64,000 nt of DNA from Malacoraja senta (lineage: Eukaryota), in NCBI GenBank assembly GCA_038087875.1, contig CM075995.1, forward strand, positions 186,001 through 250,000. Reading direction: 5' to 3'. Both the position numbers and the translations under genes were made by a program. Below are positions 12,248 through 23,186 of this stretch, one piece after another. Within the stretch, counting starts at the first letter, position 1; each line of letters opens with the position of its first letter. The notes below the pieces were generated by a model. It was not told the DNA's origin, searched no databases, and saw only the letters and a program-made list of their open reading frames with translations.

Positions 12248-14116
12248 TAGCGATGTTACAAAACCTACCATCAGCGGCGCTGTAGATCTGCCACTGCCGG
12301 AATGTGTGATTCCCGAGGCTTTTGGGGGGGGATTAAAATGCAGGTTTGCATTGGTTGTCGGAGAGGGATTTCCGCGGGCTGCTAGCTGATGAAGAAAAAT
12401 CGTTCGGGCTTCGGTTCGTGTTTTTTTTAAATTGCTGGACGATTTAATTGCTGCATTGGTTAAACACGGCTAAAAACGCTTTCAACATTATGGATCGCAA
12501 TATCAGGACAAAACAAAAGGTATGTCGTTTATTTAACATACTATTCTGCTTTTTGGTGTGGTTTCATTTTAATCTTATGATGCGAAAATGTTATTTAGGC
12601 CCACATACAAATTGGCCGTGTCTTGCCTGCCGATATGGGCTTAAATTTATGGCAACGGCAACATTCCAATCGATCACATTCCAGAAACATCCACTCTCAA
12701 GATATATATATTTTTTTGCACAATCATGTCATAAGAACTTCTAAATCATCTATATTTTGTGTTATTGTCTATTCATGATCAATATTTTCATACTAAATAT
12801 CCAGAGTATAGTTTTAGTCAGATGTTTTGTGCAAAAAATAATGATTTTTATTATCTTGAGAGTGGATGTTTCTGGATTAATTTATGGGAATTAAACATTA
12901 AATCCCTTCGATTTGGCACATAAATTCATGACAAAGTGAGATTTATAAAACCATGTGATTTTGTGAATTCTTGTGTGAATGGGATCAGTTTGTTATTTGG
13001 ATACTTAGGCTATTTAATAAATGTAATCTTTTCTTAAGAAATGGATAGATGTTTAGATCTAGTAATTGAATTTAGATGAATATATTTGAGTAGATGAATT
13101 TAATTGATTTGATGAAACTGATGAATATGATTTTTTTGTTGGGTATTTACTATTTGTTTTAGCGTTTAACTTTATCATTTCTACCTTTTTTTCTAAAACT
13201 GCAAATAATAACTTGTTTCTGTTAATGCTGTTCAGTGGGTTTTTTCCTTTGCATTTTAAACGGATGTTTCCGAAGAAGAAATGCAAAATTGTCAATCCAA
13301 ATGCCCAGCAAAAGAGATTGATTTAGACAGCATTCGCAGAGATTATCCAAATTTGGACTACTCCAAATGTGATGATCTACAGGACATTCTTAATGGGAAA
13401 GCAGTGGGCAGAAAGGCATGTCATGCGTGGTTTGAAGATCAAAAACTTGTAGTCTACAATGCCAAAATTGAAAAGTTGAGGAAAAACAAGGTGTACAGAG
13501 TTGCTTATTGGTTACAATCTGAGGAGTATGATGATGCTACTGATTATGATATGCCAATGTACCAGCTAGCAACTGATCTTCTCCATAAAGACTTGGTCCA
13601 TTGCTAGAAATTGTAATTTCTTTACCTATCTGTTATGGACTTACATCATATAATACAATAATATTAAAGTTCTGATCTTGAGAATATCACATCTTTGAAT
13701 TTTCAAGGCAGTCTGGGTGTTTATTACTATTTCCGTCACAACAGTCAATTTTGTAATTAGCTACAATTAGGTAACTAACTAATTATATGCTTTAATTTCA
13801 GGTCATCCAAGTAAAATTTCATATTTGTTTCAGAATGCTTCAATCTATAATAACTGAAAATGTCATTCAGTTCTTTTTAATTTTTAAGAAAGTTATGGGC
13901 TTTTGACTGTCCTCGATCACAGCTTTTGTGTTAAGTCAATGGAAAAGCAATAGGGAACAGGATGCTAATTTCCAAATATGAAAATTGCCATATCTTTTAA
14001 AATACTGAAGATATGAAAGTGAATTAGGTATCAAATTAAAGTTCTTTTTATGCTTTATATGATGGGATAAATTACAGGCTTGATTTAAAAAATCTCAAAA
14101 TTTTGTAACATTCCTA
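12248..14116. mobile_element. Non-autonomous DNA transposon, TAG..CTA ends, 7-bp TSD (hAT/hATw-like)
   Basis: Imperfect 16-bp TIRs TAGCGATGTTACAAAA / TTTTGTAACATTCCTA. TSD CATTGAT at 12241-12247 and 14117-14123. Confidence 0.8.
13281..13607 (+). pseudogene. 108-aa ORF fragment carried inside the DNA transposon; probably the C-terminal remnant of an element-encoded protein
   Basis: Protein-like, non-repetitive ORF in AT-rich DNA, with an in-frame stop shortly upstream. Motif VGRK.CH.W...Y.V.YW...L..DL...DL. Confidence 0.5.
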
Positions 14117-14164
14117 CATTGATATTTGTTGACACAAAAGGACACAAATTGCTGGAGTAACTTA

Positions 14165-14523
14165 AGGGCCTGTCCCACTTGACGATTTTTTTCGGCGACT
14201 GCCGGCATCATTGACGCGTATCAGGTCACCAAAGAATTTGCGGCGGTGACGGGGCGTGATGATGTATGATGTGTAGTGTTCTCCTTTTGCAATGCCAGTA
14301 CTTACCTTATCTTTAACTGACTGTTTCCATAGCATTATTTGAAATCAGAAAGTGGAGAATGTAAGATTATCTTCACTACCTTGCATTTGCTTTCTGATGT
14401 CTTGTTTACCAAGTGTCGCAACATTTTTTTGTCGCCGCTGGATTTCTAAATGTTCAAAATCTTTTGGCGACACTGATATGACGCTGGCAGTCGCCGAAAA
14501 ATTCGCCAAGTGGGACAGGCACT
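14165..14523. mobile_element. PIF/Harbinger-type MITE inserted in a Penelope-type repeat
   Basis: TIRs AGGGCCTGTCCCACTT / AAGTGGGACAGGCACT, TSD TTA. Splits the host repeat gctggagtaactta|ggcagcatctctgg. Confidence 0.8.
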
Positions 14524-14729
14524 TTAGGCAGCATCTCTGGAGAACATGGATAGGTGACGTTTCGGGTCTGGACCCTTCTTCAGACTGAATGTGGTGGGGT
14601 GGGGGGGGGGGAAGAAAGCTGGAAGATGGGAGGGGCAGAGCAAAGCCTGGCAAGTAATAAATGGATATAGGTGAGGGGGGGGTTTAATAGGCAGGTGGTT
14701 GGACAATGGCAAGAGGTCAAAAGTGAGGT

Positions 14730-15510
14730 GTTGCATTTTGGGACCTCTAAGAAGGGCAGAACCTACACAGTGTATATTGTAGGCCTCTGGGAAGTGTTGT
14801 AGAGCAGTGGGATCTAGGAGTGCATGTGCATGGTTCCTTGAAGGTCGAGTCGCAAGTAGATAAGATGGTCAAAAAGGCTTTTGGCACATTGGCCTTCATC
14901 AGTCAGAGTATTGAGTATAGAAGTTTGGAGGTCATGTTGCAGTTGTGTAAGACGTTGGTGAGATCGTATTTAGAGTATTGTGTTCAGTTCTGGGCACCAT
15001 GTTATAGAAAAGATATTGTCAAGCTTGAAAGCGTTCAGAGAAGATTTACAAGTATGTTGCCTGGACTGGTGGGTCTGAGCTATCGGGAGAGGTTGAGTAG
15101 GCTGGGTCTCTATTCCTAGGTTTGCAGAAGGTTGAGGGGTGATTTTACAGAGGTGTATAAAATCATGAGAGGAATAAATCAGGTAGATGCACAGAATCTC
15201 TAGCCCCATGGAGCAATTGAGGACCAGAGAACATATGTTCAATGTGAAGGGGGAAAGATTTAATGGGAATCTGAGTGGTACCTTTTTCGCACAAAGTGTG
15301 GTGGGTGTATGGAACAAGCTGCCAGAAGAGGTATTTGAGGATGGGACTATCCCAACATTTAAAAAAACAGTTAAACAGGTACATGGATAGGACAGGTTTG
15401 GAGGAAAATGGACCAAAGGCAGGCAGGTGGGACTAATGTAGCTGGGACATGTTGGTCGATGAGGGCAAGTTGGGCCAAAGGGCCTGTTTCGACACTGTAT
15501 CACTCTATGA
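14730..15510 (+). mobile_element. CR1-clade LINE 3' fragment (others near 1-470, 25215-25560, 35520-35896, 37980-38430, 48170-48467, 52020-52660, 58700-59300)
   Basis: Translation LEYCVQFWAP..LESVQRRFT..GLYS and a conserved 3' UTR ending ctgtatcactctatgact. Confidence 0.8.
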
Positions 15511-15934
15511 CTTTAACAGACAGAAGATGTGAGCCAAACGGATTGAGCGATTGAGAATTGGGGGGGAAAAAAATATTTTATTTTATTCCACCCACCATGA
15601 TACAATATAATTTAGACGAACCTCCTTTAGATGTATTTTCCAGTTTTGAATGGCCTTGTTATTTGAAATGCTTCAACCTGCCAGAATATGTTATCTGGGT
15701 AGGAGACAGGTGAGGGAACTGGAGGGAAATGAAGAAATGACATCTGGCCTCGCCTTGTATTCTTTTTGATGACAGAGTTTAGTATTTTTACCCATAGAAA
15801 GGCATGTGCTTGCTAATCAGGCTTTCATCTGACCAAAGGAGTACAATCCTATTGATAATGCAACTGGGTGAGAAGAAAGATCAATTTCAAAATGTATTAT
15901 TTTTGAAGCCAATAATCCTTTTCTTCTATTCTAG

Positions 15935-15987
15935 AGTTCTGATCACCGTATTTCCTTGTACAACTGTGATATTTTCAATTTTTCAAG
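15935..15987 (+). CDS. TPMT: TPMT coding exon 4 (SSDHRISLYNCDIFNFS)
   Basis: ttctag|...|gtgagg, 53 nt. Matches human SSSGNISLYCCSIFDLP. Confidence 0.92.
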
Positions 15988-16983
15988 GTGAGGACTAAAT
16001 TAATTCATAGGTATACAGCATAGGGATGAAGTGCTTCAATTCACAATACGAGCCAACCTTTTTGCCATCTACTGTAATCCTATTTGACCCTATTTTCAAG
16101 AGAGAGTTAGATTTAGCTCCTAGGGCTAAAAAAATCAAGGGATGTGGGTAAAAAGCAGAAATTGGGTACCGATTTTGGATGATCAGCCAGGATGGCGGTG
16201 CTGGCTCGAAGGGCCAAATGGCCTACTCCTGCATCTATTTTTATATGTTTCTATTAGGTCTGTATCTTTGTGTGCCGTGCCTTTTGCAGTTCCTGCCTAA
16301 ATGTCTCTTCCAACACCTCCTCTGGCAGATATCTACCAGTTTAAAAAATAATTTTCCCTTGAATCCCTTTTAAAAACCCTTCCTCTCACCTTAAATCTAT
16401 ACCCTCTTGATCCCCCTCCCAAGTGAAAAAAGATCCTGACCACCCTATCTGTTATTTTTACAATTTTATGTATCTCTCTCAGGTCACCTCTCAGACTCTT
16501 TTACTCCAGGGAAAACAACCCAGTCTACTAATCTCTTCTCATAACTATAGTCCTCTAATCCAGCCAAAGTCTTGGTGAATCTCCTCTGCATTCTCTCCAG
16601 CACAATCACATCTATCCTATCGTGTGGCAATTAGAACTCCAAGACTAGCCTAACCAGCAGTTTCTATTGCTGCAAAATAATGTCCGAATTCTTATGTTGA
16701 GTGCCCTAACCTACGAAGACAAATATGCCACATTTCTTCTTTACCACCCTATTGACCGGTGTTCCCATTTTAAGGGAACAGTGTACTTAGATCCCTCGTT
16801 CTCTGTGTTCATTAACATTCCTTAAGGCCATACCATTAATGACATTACCGAGAGACAGCAGTATTTTTTGGTGGGGTTTTTGCACAGTCAGAAATAGATT
16901 TTATAATGTCAATGCCATATTTTGTTTGATTATTCTATTCCAAAATTATTTTTAAAACATGTATTTTTATTTCGAATGTATAG

Positions 16984-17058
16984 TTTGATTGCTGGAAAGT
17001 TTGATGGGATCTGGGACAGTAAATCTTTGGTAGCGATCAACCCACCTGACCGACAACG
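16984..17058 (+). CDS. TPMT: TPMT coding exon 5 (LIAGKFDGIWDSKSLVAINPPDRQR)
   Basis: tatag|...|gtgagt, 75 nt. Matches human [21 protein letters not shown]. Confidence 0.93.
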
Positions 17059-19295
17059 GTGAGTAGTTTTCTGCTATTCTGGGAAGAATACAGATGCACC
17101 ATAGAAAGCATTTTATCAGGATGCATCACAGCTTGGTTTGGGAACAGCTTCATCCAAGACAGCAAGAAATTGCAACAAAATTACAGCAAATTGTGGACGC
17201 AGCCCAGACCATCACACAAACCAACCTCCCTTCTATTGACTCCATTCATACCTCACGCTGCCTCGGCAAGGCCAGCAGCATAATCAAAGACAAGTCGCAC
17301 CCTGACCACTCCCCGCTCCCATCAGGCAAACGGTACAGAAGTGTGAAAATTCACACCACCAGATTCAGGGACAGTTTCTTTCCAGCTGTTATCAACCAAC
17401 CACAACCAGAGAGCAGTGCTGAACTACTATCTTCCTCTTATAGGACCCTCGGACTATCCTTGATCGGACTTTGCTGGCTTTACCTTGCACTAAACGTTAT
17501 TCCCTTGTCATGTATCTCTGTACACTATAACTATAATCATTTATTGTCTTTCTGCTGACTGGTTAGCGTGCAACAAAAGCTTTACACATGACAATAAACT
17601 AAACTGAAACTGAACTGTATTTCAGCTGAATATGAACAAAATCACAGAACAAATAAGACATTACATCTTTTGTGAATCAATTTACATTTTAAACACCATT
17701 AATGCTTGTAATAGCGTAAGTTACGGGGGTTATCTTGGGTCCCCACACTTGAGTTCGCGATTAGCTTATCTCCCTCACTATCAGCCATGATATACTTTGT
17801 TTCAGAACACAATTGTGAAGCACTCTGAAGGAATGCATTTGAATTCTGTTTAGCATTTCCAGGAGAACATAACTTGGATCAGAAAATGTAGATGGTGACC
17901 TTGCCAACTCACATTCTTCTTACACCACGAATTGCATATTAGCAGCATTGATATATTAGCCCATGAGAATGTAGCTTTTTTTGTTAAAATGTATTTAAAA
18001 AATGCAATTTAACAAAAAAAATATTTAAAAAGGGGGGGGGGGTCAAATTAGGCGAGTTCTGATGGAAAGTCATTCATCTATAATATTAACATTTGCTCTC
18101 TTTACAAATACATACTCTTACCACATTATATTTCTGACCTCAAAGCTGTGGTACTTTCCTCCTCAGAAGATATAGCTTTATAATAAAGAAATAGATATAG
18201 CATGTCAGATTTTTTTTTTAAATGATGTCAACATTTACCTTGGGACAGGCTAGGCTATTTTGTTTCTGGAGCCTAGTCCATCATGGGATAATTCAGGATA
18301 TGTGACCTAAATCCTGTTACCCACTCTTACACTGTGTTTCTTAACACCTTCAATTATCAAAAATACTTCAAACTTGAATTCAAAATCAATAATCTGCACA
18401 GCATCAGTTGCCATTTGCAGATATGATTTCGTAATTTCTATCACCCTCTATATATAGAAATATTTTCCAACATGACACGTGAAAAGCCTAACTCCAATTA
18501 TATCATAGTTGTACTAACTTCCAAGCCTAACTAGTTGTAGTTATAATTGTACTGTATCTCCCAACATCGGCCAGCTACAACTGGAAAAATAGATTGTCTC
18601 TATCTGCCCTTAACATATCCTTCAGATAAATTATCCCTTAATTGTCCACATTTTATGAATTGCAACTCTGTGTCATTCCACTTTGTAAATTAATCCTTGG
18701 AGTTCAGTTATGTGTCTGAATGTGGTTCAACACACTATTGCTAACGTTTACTTTTATTGATAATTAAACCTTAAACATTTTATTACAATCAAGAATAAAT
18801 TAGATTTCTACTCTAATTGTTATATCCATATACTTGTTTACCGTTGAAAAGAAAGGCTTAAAATTATGTCCCCTTCACAACTCATGATATCCAAGCTATT
18901 TTATGGCCTTGGTTGTGTGATTTAATATTATAATGTAAAAATTGTGATTATCTTATTTTTACACAATATGCTTCTTAACCTGGATGTCAGGATAATCCTC
19001 AGCAATGCAAACTATTGCTGGATCTTTTATTCTAGTTTATTTTGGTTGTGTATGTGTGGGGGGTGGGAGAAACATGTTTTTGGTCTCTTCCTTCGGGGGG
19101 ATGCGACCTTTTCTTGTCGTATCCCCCGTCTCCGTCTCCGTCTGCGCTGAGGCCTAATGGCGGAGCTGGCGGCCTCCAACTGGGACTGACCTCGAGGCTC
19201 CGGAGGCAGAGCCAGGACTTACTAACGCAAGGCTGGCCGACGTCCGGGCCGTGGTGGCACTGCGGCGGCGGCCCGATTTCGGAGCCTCGGAGGCT

Positions 19296-19600
19296 CAGCG
19301 GTGGCGCAGTGGTAGAATTTCTGCCTTACAGCGCCAGAGACCCGGGATCGATCCCGACTACGGGCGCTGTCTGTATGGACTTTGTACCTTCTCCCCGTGA
19401 CTGCGTGGATTTTCTTCGAGATCTTCGGTTTCCACCCACACTCCAAAGACGTACAGGTTTGTAAGTTAATTGGCTTGGTATAAATGTAAATTATCCCTAG
19501 TGTGTGTAGGGTAGTGTTAATGTGTGGGTATCGCTTGTCGGCGCAGACTTGGTGACCTGAAGGGCCTGTTTCCGTGCTGTGACTCGAAAACTAAAACTAA
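19296..19600 (+). mobile_element. tRNA-derived SINE (other copies near 35192-35500 +, 48011-48630 +, 51023-51320 +, 56885-57130 -, 63509-63738 -)
   Basis: Pol III A-box gtggcgcagtggtag and B-box-like gggatcgatccc, shared core gttc/cttctccccgtgac, LINE-like tail (ctaaa)n. Confidence 0.8.
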
Positions 19601-19815
19601 AAGGGCTTATTTGCTTGTATGGCAGTAGCTAACCTCAAGAAGTTATTAAATTGGCTTTACAGAAATTTGCAAGGTGATAAATCTGCTCTCTCTTTGTTAA
19701 AGGTAAACTTAAGGAAGTGAGAAACATGGAATACATGCATGAATGTTTGAAGTAGCGACTGTGTAAATTGGTGGTTCAAATTCACACTTCTTTAGGAATG
19801 CTGCAATGCTGTTAA

Positions 19816-19998
19816 AGGGCCTGTCCCACTTGGGCTTCATTTGCAAGCCACACAGATGGCGCGCAAAGATTTTGTACATCCCAAAATCTTGGGGCACCGC
19901 GCGCGACCGCGCATCACTGCCTACGTCACCACGCACGCGTAATGCGTAAACGTGACGTGTAAATGATGCACAAATGACGCCCAAGTGGGACAGGCCCT
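19816..19998. mobile_element. PIF/Harbinger-type MITE
   Basis: TIRs AGGGCCTGTCCCACTTGGGC / GCCCAAGTGGGACAGGCCCT, TSD TAA. Confidence 0.8.
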
Positions 19999-21411
19999 TA
20001 AGTATATCATTGACCATACACAGATACTGTGAGACAAAGCCTGACTGGGACACAAAGTGTTAGAGTAACTCAGCGAGTCAGGCAGCATCCCTGGAGAAAC
20101 GAGCATCTGAAGAAGGATCCCGACCCAAAATGTCACCTATCCAGGAATACTGCTTGGCCCACTGAGTTACTCCAGCACTTTATGTCTATTTTAGTAAGTC
20201 GGAATCTGCAGTTTCTTGTTTCTAAAACTTGACAGTGCTTCAACTTTATAAACACCAAGTTCCCCACGTACCCAAACATTAAAGTTTGCCTTAAAGCTCA
20301 TTTTACTTCCTTCAATATGCAATATCATGGCATTCTCATTGTCAAGAGAGTCAAGAGTAAAGAGTGTTTAATCATCATATGTACCGACAACAGAAGTGAC
20401 ATTTCTTCCTTCTGCTGCCTTCAAACATGTTTGAATGACAATAAAAGAAATTCAATTCAATTATAAACTCACCAACACCATAACACACAAATAAATATGT
20501 AATAAAATAATATATTAGTAACAGTAATACTACTTATCATGTATCTGTACACTGCAAATGGCTCGATTATAATCTCTGCTGGCTATGTACAAGTGACAAT
20601 AAACTTACTGAACTGAACTACTAGGATAATAGCAGTATTAGTGCAACCAAATAGCGCAAAATATCGAAGTCCGCAGTGCAACCAAAAATACAATCCATAG
20701 AAGATCCTGGTTGTTGAGGTAGTGGTTAGTATTGTGCAGTGTTCAAGAGCCTGATGGTTGCGAGGAAGAAGCTGTTCTTGAACCCGGTGGTCATGGTTTT
20801 CAGGCTCCTGCACCACCTTCTTTCCGATGGTAGCAACGAAATGAGAGCATTGCCAGGGTGGTAAGAGACTTTGGTGATATTGGCTGCCTTCTTGAGTCAA
20901 CACGTCCTATAGATCCCTCAGTTGGTGGGGTGGTCTGTACTCATAGAGACACAAAATGCTGTAGTAACAAAGCAGGCCAGGCGCAGGCATCTCTGGAGAG
21001 AACAAATGGGTGACGTTTCGTGTCGAGACCTTCTGTACCTGTGATGGAATAGGCAATGGGTTCTTCCACACCAAAGTATCAAGTCAAAACCACAAAAATG
21101 GATTATGTTGCCATATGTTTGTAAGGTTTCTTGAGTGGCGCTGCAGAAACAGATGCAAGACACTTCAAATAAATTAAAATACACTTCAAATAAATAAAAT
21201 AAAGCCTTCCAGTTCACACGTTCCTTGCACCAGGAAGTGCAAATTTATGTATTGTCTTTCCGATGACTGGTTAGCACCCAACAAAAGCTTTTCACTGTAC
21301 CTCGGTACACGTGACAATAAACTAAACTGAAGATGGACACAAAGGGCTAGAGTAACGCAGCGGGACAGGCAGCATATCTGGAGAGAAAGAATGGGTGACG
21401 TTTCGGGTCAG

Positions 21412-22925
21412 ACATAGAAACATAACATAGAAAATAGGTGCAGGAGGAGGCCATTTGGCCCTTCAAGCCTGCACCGCCATTCATTGTGATCATGGCTGAT
21501 CATCCACAGTCAGTAACCCGTGCCTGCCTTCTCCCCATATCCCTTGATTCCGCCAGCCCCTAGAGCTCTATCTAACACTCTTTTAAATTCATCCAGTGAA
21601 TTGGCCTCCACTGCCTTCTATGGCAGAGAATTCCACAAATTCCCAACTCTCTGGGTGAAAAGGTTTTTTCTCATCTCAGTTTTAAATGGCCTCCCCTTTA
21701 TTCTTAGACTGCGACCCCTGGTTCTGGACTCCCCCGTCATTGGGAACATCCAGCTTGTCCAGTCCTTTTCTCATCTATTGGTATTGAGGGAGTGCAGTGT
21801 AGGTTCACAAGGTTAATTCCCGGGATGGCGGGACTGTCATATGCTGAGAGAATGGAGCGGCTGGGCTTGTAAACTCTGGAATTTAGAAGGATGAGATGGG
21901 ATCTTATTGAAACATATAAGATTATTAAAGGTTTGGACACGCTAGAGGCAGGAAACATGTTCCCGATGTTGGGGTAGTTCAGAACCAGGGGTCACAGTTT
22001 AAGAATAAGGGGTAAGCCATTTAGAACGGAGACGAGGAAATACTTTTTCACACAGAGAGTTGTGAATGTGGAATTCTCTGCCTCTGAGGGCGGTGGAGGC
22101 CAGTTCTCTGGATACTTTCAAGAGAGAGCTTGAGAGGGCTCTTAAAGATAGTGGAGTCAGGGGATATGGGGAGAAGGCAGGAACGGGGTACTGATTGTGG
22201 ATGATCAGCCATGATCACATTGAATGGCGGTGCTGGCTCAAAGAGCCGGATGGCCTACTCCTGCACCTATTGTCTATCCTTCTAAATTACAGTGAATACA
22301 AGCCCATTCTTTCCAATCTTTCCTCATATGATAGTCCGGCCATCCCATGGATTCTCATGAACCTACGCTGCACTGCCTCAATCACAAAGATGTCCTTCAA
22401 ATTAGGAAACCAAAACTGCACACAATACTCCAGATGTGGTCTCACCAGAGCCCTGTACAACTGCAGAAGGACCACTTTACTCCTATACTCAAATCCTCTC
22501 GTTATGAAGGCCAACATGCCATTACCTTTCTTCACTGCCTGATCTACCTGCCTGTTTACTTTCAGTGACTGGTGTACAAGGACACCCAGTTGCACTTCCC
22601 CTTTTCCTAATCTGACACCATTGAGATAATAATCTGCCTCCTTGTTCTTGCCCCCAAAGTGGATAACCTCACATTTATCTACATTATACTGCATCTGCCC
22701 ACTCACTCAACCTGTCCAAGTCACCCTGCAACCTCTTAGCATCCTCTTCGCAGTTCACACTGCCACCCAGCTTTGTGTCATCTGCAAATTTGCTCGTGTT
22801 ATTTTTAATCCCATCATCTAAATCATTAATATATATCGTAAATAGTTGCGGCCCCAGCACCGAGCCTTACGGCACTCCACTCGCCACTGCCTGCCATTCT
22901 GACAGGAACCCATTTATTCCTACTC
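21412..22925. mobile_element. Nested CR1 3' fragments in alternating orientation (-, +, -)
   Basis: Minus copy at about 21412-21770 and 22277-22925, interrupted by a plus copy at about 21780-22276. CR1 RT C-terminal motifs in ORF 22287-22706. Confidence 0.8.
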
Positions 22926-23186
22926 AGACCCTTCTACTCAACTCAAAACGTCACCCATTCCCCCTCTCCAGAGATGCTGCCTGTCCCGCTGAGTTACTCC
23001 AGCACGTTGTGTCTTTCTTCGGTTTCGACCAGCACCTGCAGTTCCTTCCAACACATTTCGTGAAACTAAACTGAACTGAAATCAAGAGTATTGGGAAAAG
23101 AGATTTGGAAGGGATGTTAAGGTGGACCTTCTTCCCCCAGAGAGATGGTTGCTCGAGCTGTGGGGAGACATCTCTGCATGCTCAGC

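Noticed and set aside
18297..18400. Open segment after cag as candidate TPMT exon 6
   Set aside because: No convincing similarity and no donor at the expected 86 nt.
19296..19370. tRNA gene
   Set aside because: It is the A/B-box head of a multi-copy SINE; no complete cloverleaf.
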